64,000 bases of DNA from the human T2T-CHM13v2.0 reference genome, Homo sapiens. The stretch lies in assembly GCF_009914755.1 (NCBI RefSeq), contig NC_060925.1. One strand, given 5' to 3'. Within the stretch, counting starts at the first letter, position 1. Each line of letters starts with the position of its first letter. Below are positions 41,094 to 55,821 of the stretch, in pieces. The translations under genes and the position numbers were made by a program. The notes beneath the pieces are model-generated. The model was not told the DNA's origin. It saw only the letters and a program-made list of their open reading frames with translations, and did not search any database.

Positions 41094-43215
41094 GGTGTAG
41101 ATGGATTAAAAAATGGTAGGAGGTGGAATTAAAGGGTTGGATGTGGAAGTGGAAATGAAAGAAAGTGAGGTGTCAAGGGTTTCTGGCTTGGGCAGCAGCA
41201 GGTAGGTTGCAGCATATTTTCTTGAGATAGGACTTTAGGAGGAGGTAAATATTCTGAATGGAAGCTGTAGAACTGGATGTGCTGCTTTTGAAGAGCCTAT
41301 GAGATACCCAAAGTGGAATTGTCTGGAAAGTAGTTGTACAAGAGAGGCTGAAGTTGAGGAGAGAGATCTGGGTAGAACATACATAGGTAAGGTAGAGAGA
41401 AGAACTCAGACAGTGTGTACTGAGAATAGAGAAGAGGGCGAGGCACCGCACTGGACCTGGGAGACAAAGGTGAGAAGACAAGACACCCACTCTCAGGAAA
41501 CTCAGTCTGGTTGGGGAAGCAGATAATTAAACAGATAATTAGAATACAGTGGAATACACCCCATAGGTTGTTTTGGACCAAACCTGTGGGGTGGATCCCA
41601 GCAGTTGAAGGAACTGAATGAAGATAGAACAAGGACTCTAAAGGTCAGAGCTAAAATTGGAAATACTCAACAGGGTGGGGATGGGGCAAGGAAGGAAAGG
41701 GTGGAACAACTTGGAAAAGATTTTGAATGCTCTTAAACCAGAGACAAAGTAATTGACTGGAACATCGCAGCATTAGGAAGAATGTTAGTGCTCTTGGATT
41801 CCATGCTTCTCAGACCGTGCTATCTTGGAATCCTCACAGTTCTGAGGGGCCCCTATAATTAGAGGCCACCATAGTGGAGGAGTTGAAACCAAGCAGACAC
41901 CCTACTAAACCAGAGTTGTTGTCTTGTTTTGCACATTAAAACTGTGTACAAGCTTTGTTTTGAAAAAAAAAGTTGTTATGCCTGAAAAAGAATTGAAAAC
42001 TACCAACTTAAGTAAATTAATGTACAGATAAAGAATAAGAGGCCCAGAGAAGCTAAGTCACATGCTTAAAATCAAATCATACAGCTCATTAGGGATCAAG
42101 TTGGGCCTAGAACCTAAATTTTTTGTTCTCAGGCTGGTGTTCTTTCTTGCTATGTCTGAGACCTCGTACTTCTAATTTGCCTAGTCCATATTCATTTGTA
42201 TCTTCAGATTTTTCTGAACTGTAGTAAAAGAGATGTGTATTTCAAACATCATGAGAACAAGGCGTGGGAGGGATCTTACAGAGCAGCAGTTAAAATCATT
42301 GCTGGCATGTGGTCTTTCACAATAAAATTCTCCCCTTCCTTTTGATTCCTCTAGGCAACAGCACAAAGTTAAACCAGGAAGTCCCTCTGCCTTGCTAGGG
42401 ATCCAGGTTTGCCTTCCTGTTGAGGTATCCCATTTCATTACAGTTGACCTAAGTTTGAACAAACACTGCCACCTGATGCATGAAAGCTCTACTGTGACCT
42501 ACGTTAAAAGGTAATTTAAAAAAAAAACGAAACATAGAATCATGACTCATACAGATTGAACATGAACATGTGTTAGAGATTTTATTTAACTCAATCTATG
42601 AGAGAACTAGGCAGATATTATAACTGGATCAAAAGAGAATACAAAGAACATGTATAGATCAAGAATATTGAATGCACAAAAAAAGGGCAAAACTGACTTC
42701 TTCCACAGAGGGAGCGGGAATCAATTGAACCTCTACCAGAAGGGACAAAACTTGAATGTTTACAGAGAATAATTATTTTGCAATGCTATCAGCTAGCTAC
42801 AGTTTACAAAGTTGTGAAATAGCTCCCATAGAATCCAAATCAGATAAAAGATAGCAGAAGGGTGTGTGATGGACAACACATAGTTTTCCAAATATGTGCA
42901 GACATTTTCCTTACAACTGTTAGAAAAGCAGAAGTATCTTTTACAATAAAACATGGGCATCCCAGGTTCCTTTTTCTGTTTTATATACATGCAAAAATAT
43001 ACAAGTGTGTATGTGCATATGTATTTGCATATGCTTTTTAAAATAAAAATTTCACAAAAAAGAACTTAATCCTGTATTCATGCAATGTACCCTGATACTT
43101 TTTATTCTATTCTTTGTTAATGCTGGTATCCACACAAATTAATTTCGTGACTCCTTAATGGGTTACTACCCACGAATGGGTCAAGGATTCACAGTTTGTA
43201 AACAGGGGACTAGAT

Positions 43216-43540
43216 CAGTGCTCCTCAAACTGTCTGTTGTGAAGCACCAGTTTTTAAATATTTGACAGTTTTCAGTCCTTCACATACTGACTGATGCTTT
43301 TGTAAAACACAATAAAAATAAATTATTAGAAAAATGAAATGAAAAAACTCCCATAGACTTATGAAATGCAAGCTCAACTTCTTATTATTAGATTTAACAG
43401 ACATAAAATTGGATGCTGGGGCAAGGTCAAATTCCTATTTAAAGATTTCCAAATGCATATTTTGTTTCTATGCTTTGTTTCTGCACACTGGAACAGTGGT
43501 GGATTCCACTGGTCCTTGGACCACACTTTGAGTAGCACTG
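43216..43540. mobile_element. Non-autonomous hAT-Charlie DNA element
   Basis: Terminal inverted repeats CAGTGCTCCTCAAA and TTTGAGTAGCACTG. Confidence 0.7.
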
Positions 43541-43585
43541 ACTAAGTGACCAGCTCTGACAGTATGGTGATTTTTTGTTTTCCAG

Positions 43586-43696
43586 GAGCTGACACTCCCT
43601 CAGGCTACCTTAGTCAGTGGGGGCTTACTGCAGCATACCTGTGGCGATGAGAGAGAGAGGCACATCACAGGAGCATCTGGCACCAGTGGCATCCTG
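43586..43696 (+). other. Candidate 111-nt plus-strand exon
   Basis: Acceptor TTTTTTGTTTTCCAG|G and donor CTG|GTGAGT. Confidence 0.4.
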
Positions 43697-44452
43697 GTGA
43701 GTGAAATGTCATATGGACACTGGAAGGATCTAACACTGAGGTGGCCCTTCATCTCTGTGCTGTTCACCACGAGCATGCCTGGGCTGCTCTTCTGTGTTCT
43801 TCCTGATGTTTCTCATGATACTGATTGATTTTTGGAATTTCCCAGTTCGTATTCCCAAGAGAACCCATTGCCCTATTTAATCATCACTTCTGTTGCTGCA
43901 GAACTTTGTGCAGTACTGGGATTGCTTGCTGCCTTAATGTCAGGAGTTGGCCAGGCATCCAGTCAAAGGGCAGAGTAGGCTCTTGTGGTATCGAAATGGC
44001 CACCCTCCTTCAAGGAGCAGCAGGTCCTCTTCCTCAGCACAGAAGGCAATGGTGAGGAAGAGGCTAATTTTCCTTTGAAGAGGATTTTGAGAAAAGGTTG
44101 GCCCATCTAAAATATTTTACAATTCTCTGTTCCCAAACCCTGAATAATCCTTGGAGGTCACTCACTGTGCAGGAGGCTGAAGAAGGGTAACACTGTCAAA
44201 ACTGCAGACACAGACCCTTCTGGCTCCACCTCTATCCTACCCTAGAGCTAGGTTAAAGAGAGACTCTGGAGAACTTACTCATACCCAGTGGGGTACTTCT
44301 ACATTTCTCTAAAGTCAGGAGACACTTTACCTTTGTGAATATTTATACTTCTGAAGACATTTGCAAATCTTTAAACTCTTGGTTAAACAATAGTTTATAC
44401 TGTCCCCCTATAATTCAGAAAAGCATAACTTCAAAAGAATGATGACAAACTT

Positions 44453-44755
<303 letters not shown>

Positions 44756-47161
44756 GACAAACTCAATGAAACACATAGAACAATCAAGGTGTACAGAGAT
44801 GTAGACAGTGGTAGTGAACAATTCTCTACCCAAAGCTGAAGGAGAGTCATTGCCCACCATAAGTCAATCCAAATCTGAGAAAATTACAACTTAACCCCTT
44901 TACTTTAAGGGTTGCCCATGAATAGTCATAGCTAGTTATGTCAAATCCTTAAATGCTGGAGTCCGTGTTTACATCTTTACCCATATCCTTTCATCTATTT
45001 CATTTCATACCAAAATGAACAGACCCATTACATGTTTAGATTTTCTAGGCTTGTCCACATCTCCCATATAAAAGATGTAATGTGTATAAAGTGCTTAATA
45101 CAATGTCTGCTGCATAGTAAGCACTCCATAAATGTTAACTCTGACATACATATATATTAAATCTATACTAGCTAGATTGCTTGAATTATTTTTTGTGCAT
45201 GTGGCTGTATTGATGCCTGCTTAGGTAATAGCCATCTTCATTATTCAATATGATTCTGGTTTCCTCTGAAGTTTAGTGAGGTGTGGTTTTTCTGTGATGT
45301 TCTCCTCCACTAGTTTTCAAGCTCATCTTGGAAGGTCTTCTACAACCTCGATAACGCCCTGCAGTTATTAGTATCAAGAATGCTCTGTACATTGTGGGCA
45401 CCCAGCACATGCTGCTGGCTGGCTGACTGATTTACTATGCCTCCCCCTTGCCCATTATAAGCTTTCATCACTGCAAATGTAAGAACCTTCTTTTCTACAT
45501 CTCCTGCCATCCAGAACAGTCTTCATAGATCTCCCTGCCTCATTGACTCATCACCTCATTTCACCCTTTCTTCCTTTTTCTGGACCTTCTAACTTTTTCT
45601 CCCCAGATTACCATTTTTTTTTTCACTCAGCATGCACACATTATCTAGTTTTGGAAAATACTCCCTATTTGCTCCTATATCTTAATTTGGCTGTCCCCAT
45701 TTCTATGCTGCCTACTAGTATAAATGAGACAATAGCTCAAAGAACAATTTGTAAAAAATGAAAAACTCTGTGCAGACTTTCAGGGAAATTAAACACATAC
45801 TTTAGACCAGGAGCTCAATCTATGGGTAAGAAAGCTTCCTTAGCTGTCTTCTCTATGAAGCTGTGATTGGGTGAATGTTTTTAAAGGAACTCTCTGAATA
45901 TGAAAGGGGGTTGGGGTGGGATGAAGCCTTGGCCATCTGGATGAGAAAGATTCAGATGCTGAAACAGATCTCTGGAGTTAATGAATTTCACAGTCCTTTG
46001 CCCTTACTTTGCTTGTCTCAGTCTAGAAACAGACACCTGGTGTAAGCTTGTTAAATGGCAGGAATAAGTAAGAAGTGAAAAAGAGCTAAAGCAAACTTCT
46101 TTGCAAACTGCTCTCCTTGTGAAACTAAGCAGGTAGTTCTATGAGTGACGGTAACTCACATAGCCTCTTGGCTTTGTGTTGAACATAGCACCAAAGTTCA
46201 CAAGCATTTACACACCTGCAGTTTTTTTTCTTTTTTTGTAGATCAGGTCTGGCCTAATTACAGGATTTCATTGTATTTTTATACATATAATAATCTAGTT
46301 TCCCCTGTAAATGATTCATTTACAATTCAATTAAACAGCCAAGGAGAACCAAATGTTAAACATGTTTTTAAATAAGATACAATGTGTGTAATTAGACAGA
46401 ACACATACCCCTATCTTAGTGTTTGATTTGCGTGATAATACAAAATAGGTCATTTGAGGCTATGCCAAATATCAGGGATTAGATGACCTTTAAGTTCCTG
46501 TCAAGCTGGAGAGTCTATGATTTTGTGATCTGAGTGAAAAATGAAAAATTTAGTGCATCATCGAAATGTTTACAAGAATCCAGCTGTTTGATGTCAGGTA
46601 GACAAAACACCCAGACAACTGACAGAGATGCTTCATTTTCATCCAGATGTTTTTGCATTGCATTGATTTAGCCTGACACACAGCAAAGTTAAGTCACTTA
46701 CTCAAGATTTCTGACAAAACCTTCTGAATATACTGGCAATAAAGTTGTTGAGAGATTTGCCATTTTAGTATCAGTGGCACGAATGTTTTGCTACTGCTCC
46801 ATCGACAGCTTCTGAATCCATAAGATTTGAAAATAGTCAATTCAGTTCTCTCCACTCTGCAGCTCTGTGCTCTCCTCACTGTCTCCATTCCCCACACCCC
46901 CAAAGGTCTATCTTAACCTGAGCTCTGACCCATGACAAAGTGGTCTCCTCGATCACAGGGCTGTGTATGTGGCCTTTGTCATGGAAGCTGCTTCTGTTCA
47001 CAGTGATCACTGTGTCTTGGGGACATTGCTGTCTGGGCCAAGGGCTGGCCAAATCAGAATTTCTGGCCATCCTAAAGGTTGATTGCAGCAGGCAGTCATA
47101 GCCACCATTCATCCTCCCATTATCATGGTCAATAATACCACTCATCTAGGCTTGGCTGTGA

Positions 47162-47498
<337 letters not shown>

Positions 47499-49929
47499 CT
47501 GACCAAAAGTCTTATCCACACACCTGTAAATCTAAACACTGACCTTGGGTTTGCAGCTGTAGCTACTATATGGAGAGCCATATGTGGTTTGCACATCAGT
47601 CTCTTTGACTCAGCTTCTTCTGGTTGCCTTGACTCCCATTGAATCCCCCAGTGCCTGATTGCTGCCCATCCCAGGCCCATCTGGTAACCCTCATGCTCCA
47701 AATGTTGCAAGCTTGACCACTTAGTTTGAAATTGTGCTTCAAAGGCATCTTCCTCTGTGATCCTTCCCGGCTTCTTTTCCCCAGGCACCCTGCAGCCTCA
47801 CTTTCTTTATCACTGCCTCTTTCTGGCTCTCTGCACAGGCCCCGTTGCTGCCAGTCAAGCCCTGCCTGAATCTGGATAGTATGGCCTTGCATGCCCAGAG
47901 GGCTTTTGCTCCACCAAATCCCCTATGCGACCTTGAGCAAATCACAACACTTCCCTGGGCCCCACTGTCCTAATCTTAACATGAGAATGTTGGACTAAAT
48001 CAGGTCTGAGGTCCCCTCCAGTTCTAAAATTGTATTATCTCTCTAATACTGTGAGACTGGCTGCCTTCCAAGGTGCCACTGCTCATCATTCTGTCTAGTT
48101 GTTATGCAAGGATTTCGGGAGGAAAAAAACATAAGGCTCCAGGAGTAATATCTTGAAAAATTATGAAATATGTCTGCTACCTTTCTCATCTTCATGAGCC
48201 CCTTGTTTTACTTTTGTGTTGAATTTAAAACTCAGAGACTTAAACTCACACATTATGACAGTTCTGTCACTTCCTTAAATTACGCAGTAAAAACACACAA
48301 AGGTGCAGGTAAGTTTAGCACCTTGAGTGTTTTGTAAGCAATGCTGTGTTGGGCTGAGGATGGGGGTGTGTGGTAGAAAGAGGTGCTGCAACAGAAGCCA
48401 GAAGGGAAGAAGAGCCTATAGGGGAGAGAGACATTAAGGGCCTGAGGGAAGGGAAGGTGCCTGAGCTCAGGGACTGTAAAGGAGGACTGTTCACCTTGAA
48501 TGTCCAATCAGCACTTTCTCTGGAATTTAGATAATGTTAATTCCACATGTGAACATATTGCCTAAAAAAAAGAAAATAAATTTAGCGTATAAACAGTCCT
48601 TGGATGCTTCCAGTGGTTAGATTTTTCAGATAAACAATCTCCTATGGTATTAAGAGCTTGTCCTTCTCTGGCAAGGATGGTCCAGGACAGATAACATTGA
48701 GTGCTTTCCTCTAACATATTTATATTGGTTACATCAGGTTAATGAACACCCAAGGCATTTTTCAAGAAGTCACAAAGGGGGTGAGTCTGAGGAGCAGGTG
48801 TTGAAGTAGAAAGGAAGGCCCGTCTACACACTCTTTATGTGAGTGAATCAGAGGTTTTTGCTGTTGTAATTGTGGTTGTTTTTATAAGTTGAAACCACTA
48901 GCTGATACAGTGATTGACTTTCCCAAATATCCCTGGTGATGATTAAAAAAAAAAATCACTGAGATTATCCCCGATTTGGGCCTCTAAACTCAGGGATGGT
49001 TCTGGATAAGCAACCCTGTATCCAAGTGTGTCTTAGGTGATGCTGGTTGAGAATGGGACACCCATTCTCTGGGAGCCAGCCAGAGAAGTTACCCTGCTGT
49101 TGGAGAGACGGGCTATCACTGAGGAAACAGTGCATCACCAGGGAGGATCGAATTCATGCTCCTCCTCCCCCAACAACTCTCATACCCTCACAGATACTCC
49201 TTGTTTCTCCTTGTCTCCCTTTTCTCATACCCACATCAGCTTCCCTCACTCAGTAATCAACTCATTGAGGGTTTGCTTTAAAAATGTATCAACATCGTAA
49301 TCTTCTCCAAATTAGCTTCTCTATGGCCAGGAGAACCTTAGGTTAGGATGTCCTTCTCTCGTAAAGTTTCTGTAGCAAGTGAAAGCAAGAGGGACCATTG
49401 GGGTGGTAGGGCAAGACACTAATCCTCAGTGAAAAGTCTAATCCTCAGTCACTAAGTGTCCTGGCAGATTAGAGGGTAAAGTGAGTGGGGAGAATCAGCT
49501 TAAAGAACCAAATTGGATTGGGCCAGAGCAGAGGTATAGGTATGGAAGAGTGGTTTTGTCAGTAGCTGCTGATTGAGCCAAGTTCAGCATGGAACTGACA
49601 GAGATGATATGGAAGACAACTTACCTAAGTAGCTCCTGGGTCAGAAAGAAGCCTCAAAGTGAGAGAACCTGGGGGGAATCTCAGCTGGAGTCCCCTTATG
49701 GGACTTTGATACATCAAGATCTCTTGGCTATTGAGGAGATAGTGGGTCCAGAAAGGGGATGAAGAATCTGGAAAAGTGTGGGAGATCAACCATGCATAAT
49801 TCTTTTTATCACTATGGAGTTTGTTCTAGAATTTTACAGTTTACAAAGTATAATCACACATATTATCTCATAATTTCCACAGTTACCTAATGTTACTGAG
49901 AAGTAGTTTTAGCTAACTCTATTTTATAA

Positions 49930-51360
49930 TTCATTCATTTGCTCAACATATTTTGAGAGCCTTTTATGCACAAGGCACTGTGCTGGATACTGGAGATACT
50001 ACAATAGACAAGACTATATCAACAGTTGAAAAGTAATTGCCATTGACAGGATTATGCTTCGGTAAGGGTAGCTGGGCACAGCCAGCAGGAAGATCTGAGG
50101 TGGTCTAGGCAAGTATTTTCAAAAGAAGTGACATTTAAGATGAGACCTAGTAAATAAAGATGAGCTTAGGTGAGGGGTAAGAGATGGAAGCATGTTACAG
50201 CTAGAGGTACAATTTATTGCAGACCCAGACACGAGAAGGTCAGAGAAAATCAGAGAAAGCAAGCAAGTGAATTTGCCTTACTCTAGGACCCACACTTTGG
50301 TGATCACAGCTGGATGAAGAATGTCAGGGGATGAATCGGAAGAAATGAAACTGGAAAGAGGAAGGAACCAAGTCTTGAAGGGTCTTGGAAGCCATGTTAA
50401 GAAGGATGAATGAGAGGTAAAGAAGACGACATTGAGCTTTCTCACTTGGGCAGTTGGCGGATGGCAGTTGGTGGATGGCAGTGGGTGGATGACTTTACTG
50501 AGGTAGGAAGCCTGAGAGGAAAAGCAGGTTTTGAGGGAGAGTTGACTAATGCAGTTTAAGACATGTCATGTCGGAAACATCATGTATCACACTGTCCAGT
50601 AAGTAGTTGAAGACAAAGATCTGGATCTCAGGAGAGGAGCATGGGCTGAAGATGGCAATATGGAACTATTGCTACATGGTTGGTTATTAAAGACAAAGAA
50701 GTAGCTGAGATTGCCAGGGAGAGTAGACAGAGGAGAAACAGGCCCAGGATAGAGCTCCAAGGAACTTCAAAAGTAAAAAGAAGAGAAGGAGAACCCATAA
50801 AGGAGTTGAAGAAGCATGTTGTTCTGTTGAGAGAGTATATTCTGGCCATATGTCTCTGGGCAAGTTAGGTCACCTCTCTGAGCCATGGTCTTTTCATCTC
50901 TAACAAGGACAGTAATAGCACCTACCTTACGGAGCAGTACCTAGAAAGTTTATCGCAATTCTGGCACATAGTAAGCATCAATTAAGGTTAGCTCATGTTG
51001 TAGTAAGAAGAATGATAACAATGAAAAAAACCAAGTAGAGTACTCAGAAGAACATGAGATGAAGTTGATGGCATGAGGGAAGAGTGTTGAGACAAGAAAA
51101 AACTGGTCAATAAGGACAAATGGGCCAGGTGAAGTGGGTCACGCCTGTAATCCCAGCACTTTGGGAGACTTGAGATGGCAGGATCTCTTGAGCCCAGGAG
51201 TTCAAGGCCAGCCTGGGCAACAAAGTGAGACCTTGTCTCTGCAAAAAATAAATACATAAATAAAGACAAATGTACTGAGGTCAAAATAAAAAGGCTGAAA
51301 ACAGTCTATTGGATTTGGCTGTAGGTAGGACATTGATGACCTTTGCAAGGTATGTTTCAG
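49930..51360 (-). mobile_element. Long L2 remnant with MIR and FLAM insertions
   Basis: TTCATTCATTTGCTCAACATATTTTGAGAGC...GGCACTGTGCTGGATACTGGAGATAC, later GGATCTCAGGAGAGGAG and ATTGGATTTGGC..GACATTGATGACCTTTGCAAG. Confidence 0.7.
51123..51260 (+). mobile_element. FLAM_C (Alu left monomer)
   Basis: Single monomer with an A-rich tail. TSD TAA(G/A)GACAAATG. Confidence 0.88.
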
Positions 51361-52164
51361 GAGCATGGTCTGAGATGAGGAAGACCTGGAGATAGTAATT
51401 TTGGGAGAAATGGATTTTCAGACGAGTTCGGTAGTTAGGCTGAGGACACACAGCCAGTAAACTCTGTTGTCACATAGTGACCCGAACTCAGATTGTCAGA
51501 CTCCAAATTTTGTTTTCTTTCCACCTATAGGACCCAAGGAAGATAATTTAACAAATAAACCTAACTCCATGATTTCTGCTTAGTTAACTGAGGAGAGGAA
51601 GGAATGAAAAAAATAAAAATAGAAAGAAAGGATGGGGTATGGGGAGATAGGAATATATAGCAAGGCACAGAATTTGTCAGGAAGGGTAATTAGGCAGACC
51701 CATTCCCAGGAACGGGAGGAAGTTGAATATAAAATCAACAAATGTTTCTTGAATGCCTCTCACGTGTCAAGCCTGTGGGGACTGCAGATGAAACAGAGAC
51801 ATAAGACACGACTCTTGCTTCCAGGAACAAGACATAAACATGAGAAAAATTTAAGTGCTGAACAGTTGTTTAAGGCAACAATGGAAGAGCTGCCACAAAG
51901 CAATATATGATTTATTGTCAAATGAATTGTAGCAAACAATGAATGAAAAAACTTCTTCAGAATTTGCCAAGGAAAGCTCACTCAGTTTCAGGTAGATGAA
52001 CTGGACCCCTAAGCAGCGCCAGGTATGGGGGTCCCTGGGATTTGTGCCAAGAGATGGGGCTGCCCCTGCTAGTGGAGGGTAATAAACCTTGTGGCGTAGG
52101 CCCAGAAAAGCTGGGTGCCCTATAACTGGGCTATAGGATGAGAACACTGGTCTCCACCTGGCTC

Positions 52165-52165
<1 letters not shown>

Positions 52166-52196
<31 letters not shown>
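52166..52196. repeat. (GT)15 microsatellite
   Basis: Directly visible. Confidence 0.98.
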
Positions 52197-52197
<1 letters not shown>

Positions 52198-52369
52198 CAA
52201 AAATTGGAGAAAGACACATAGAAACAGATACGTACACACAGAGACATGGAAAAGGGTAGATGATGAAAGATAGGGAAAGAATGCCTGGCACATAGCGGCT
52301 CATTGGATAAATGAACACACAATCAAAGGAGATTCAAAGCAAAGTGTATGAGAGAGGCTGAGCCACATA

Positions 52370-52585
52370 TTGGGAAATCTTTGAATCAGACTCAATCATG
52401 ACTCTTTTTACCTGTGTGCATTTAGGCAAGGTTACTTGACATTTCTGGGTTTCCTTTTCTTTGCCAGACAGGAATAACAACATCTACTTTACCAGGCTGT
52501 TGTACCAGGACTGAATTGAATAACATGTATATAAATTACCTGGTACACGGTCTGATCCGAAGTCCATGCTCAATAAATGTCAGTT
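52370..52585 (+). mobile_element. MIR
   Basis: GGCAAGGTTACTTGAC...GGAATAACAACATCTAC...GCTCAATAAATGTCAG. Confidence 0.65.
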
Positions 52586-53772
52586 GTCAATGGCAGTTCA
52601 AGGTGCTTACAGATTGTCACCTTTCACTGAAGAAGTTTGAGATGCTTTATAAATATTAGCAGATGAAGTCTCACAAGACACTGAAAAAGTGGAAAACAAA
52701 TGTTATCATCCTTATTTTATGCATGGAGAAGCTTGGCACTGAGAATCAGGGTTTTGCCAGAGGAATAAGCAATTCTGTGGGAGGATGGGGGAGGGAGGGG
52801 GATGAAGCAAAGCCTCAACAAAGATTCTCAAACATGGCCTGCCTTCCGTACCCGCCCTCCAGCCAGCTAGCCAGCAGGTGGTAGGGTCAGATTACATTTG
52901 CTCTCCCCTGCCTGGTCTCTAGCTCTGACTGGGGCTGCCTGGTGAGTTTGCAATGATGCAGTGTAACCCTGGGCGTTATTTCTCAAAAAATCAGGCAGCA
53001 TGAAAGAGGATGAGCTCTGATCAGACCCAGCATTGATTCCTTCTGAGAGCAGTCTACGAGTCAGACTCTCTTTGGCAGCCTTTTCCCACCTCCTCCGTGA
53101 CAACTTGATAATAGTCCGTCCTGGTGGAATTTTCTCCCCCAGGACATTCCTGCAACTGAGTTGCTTCGCCCTTTCAAAACACAAGTGAGCAGAGCCCAGA
53201 AACTGAAACAGCCTTCCGGTCTCATTAGCGCGCTATGTTTCTCTGTTGTTCCGATTTGTTATTGTGGTTCCTGGGTGTGAATATGATCACTTGTTAAAGT
53301 GGCCTATTTATACGCGTCTTCTCTTTAATTTACCTTCATTTCTCAGCACCCGAGAAATAGAAGGAAATCAGTGCACTGTGCTAATGATTTCTGTGGCCCT
53401 GGTTGCTAGGTGCGAGGGCAGAGGCCCAGACCCTAAGGAGGCTTTCAATATCTGAACCAGTGTCACTGTTGCCTCCTCCAACCCATCCTTCAGCGCACAC
53501 ACCAGGGAAGTACATCGGCGTTATGGCTGACTTGGGTATGAGTTTGTGAGTCAGAAATCAGCTCCTGGAGAAGAGCAGGAGAATTAAGGTTGAATGGGGA
53601 TTGCACGCCCATGTACACAATTATGGTGCTTTAGAAAGGCCAGCTAGGACGTCTGGAATATAAACCAGGTTGTGAGGCCTTGGAGGGTGCTTGGCACACA
53701 GTAGGTGCTCAGCAAGTGGGGGCTGAATGTGACAAAGTAGAACCAGAGCTATGGCAAGAATGCCAACAATGC

Positions 53773-54091
<319 letters not shown>

Positions 54092-54363
54092 TTAGGCCTG
54101 AGGCTTGGAATACTGATTCATTCCAACTCATCCTTGGCCTTAGTTAAGTCCTTATTTCAGTAGGATAAGAATGTATGTAAAGCTCCAAAATATGTTTCTA
54201 TTTACATTATAAAGCTCCACAAAGTAGCAAACAGGCACCTTTCTTCCTCCTTTAGAACTCTATTCTTAATTTCTTATTAGGACAGTCTTCCCCTCTGTTG
54301 GGAAGCAAGCTCATTTCTTCTGGACCTGCCCTTGGAGGAGATGGAGAGCTCCAGTTCGCTGTC

Positions 54364-54658
54364 TTTTTTTTTTTTTTTTGAGACGGAGTGTCGCTCTGTC
54401 ACCAGGCTGGAGTGCAGTGGCGTGATCTCGATTCACTTCAACCTTTGACTCCTTAGTTCAAGTGATTCTCCTACCTCAGCCTCCTGAGTAGCTGGGATTA
54501 CGGGCATGTGCCACCATGCCCAGCTAATTTTTGTATTTTTAGTAGAGACAGTGTTTCACCATGTTGGCCATGATGGTCTCGATTTCCTGACAGCGTGATC
54601 TGCCCACCTTGGCCTCCCAAAGTGCTGGGATTACAGGTGTGAGCCACTGTGCCCGGCC
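54364..54658 (-). mobile_element. AluSc-like
   Basis: CTGTCACCAGGCTGG and GATGGTCTCGAT. TSD TCGCTG(T/G)CTTTTT. Confidence 0.93.
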
Positions 54659-54924
54659 TCGCTGGCTTTTTTAAGGAGCCCTTTATGCACCAATCCATGT
54701 AATGCCTCAACCCCCTTTGTCTGCAATTCCTAGTCTTATTTCCTTCCATGTTTGTCAGTAATCTCATTAACCAAATATTTACATCATCCTTTTGCCCCTG
54801 CCACAACTTCTTTCGAGGAGAAATCAGGCTGGATATGATGAGAAGATACCAATACTGGTGCAATCATTATTTCCTACTTGTCTGTCTCACTCACACCAAT
54901 TCAGAATTAATAACAATGCCTAAA

Positions 54925-55135
54925 TTAATAGTGCTCTCACCATGTGCCAGGGCTATACGTATATTATCTCAATTTATCTTTCAGCGACTCTATGATGAAA
55001 GTGCTAATAGTATTCCTGAATTATACATAAGGAAAACAAGGTACAGAGAGATTGAGTGACTTGCGCAAGGCCACACTAAAGAGTGGCAGAGTCTGGACTT
55101 GAAGTAGTCTGATGCCAGAACTCATGCTCTTGACA
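54925..55135 (-). mobile_element. MIR
   Basis: CATGTGCCAGG...AGGAAAACAAGGTACAGAGAGATTGAGTGACTTGCGCAAGGCCACAC. Confidence 0.75.
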
Positions 55136-55821
55136 ACCCTGCCATGAAACCACAGGATCAGTGTCTGTCATTCTTCTTCCTCTGCAGTCCCACTGGGGGT
55201 TCTATTATAAACACAGTGTTTACATTCTTTTCTGCTATATTGTATGGCATCAATCTTTAACATCTCTGAGTGAAGATTTTGTTTTTCCTTCACTAGTTAT
55301 TCCCTTCATACATTCATTTTGTTTAGCATCTATTTCCTGACCACCTACTGGGCATCAGTTCTGTTGTATTAACTCTGCTGCAGTTCCAGTGACACTTTCC
55401 AAAGCCCTGGTGGCTTCAGTTTGCTTCTCACCTCTGCTCATCTTTTGTCCTTCCTTACCTTATTCCCATAGAAAATAAAGTTAAGAAGGATTTTCAAGGC
55501 TTGAAATTGAAAGAGCCTCATAAGTTATCTACCAACCCACTCGCTTTACCCATAAAGACCCAAATCAACAGAGCTAACTGTGGCAGAGCCTTGTTCTAAT
55601 TAAAGTTTGTTCTCTTCTCTCTACTCCTTGCTACCTCCTTTTAGGATCAGTTACATAATAGATAATAAGTGTTATTTGGCCATGTGTAGCAACCTGTGAG
55701 TCAATTTTTAGTTTGTAAAATGGGAATAGTATTGATATTTATCCCTTAGGGTTCTAGTGAGGCTTAAATGAGTTAATACATGTAAAGAGCTTAGACTAGT
55801 GCCTGCATTAATAAATGTTAA

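Larger units (their letters stand above)
39430..41420 (-). mobile_element. L2 remnant interrupted by LTR12, a MIR and an Alu fragment
   Basis: Purine-rich antisense L2 motifs on both sides of the LTR (GACACATGAT|AAGATTTCTATTTTTAAAAAATCTCTGGGCTG). Confidence 0.6.

Noticed and set aside
46694-46903. Minus-strand ORF ending at a TGA|GTAAGT donor
   Set aside because: No convincing acceptor or protein similarity, and single donors are common by chance
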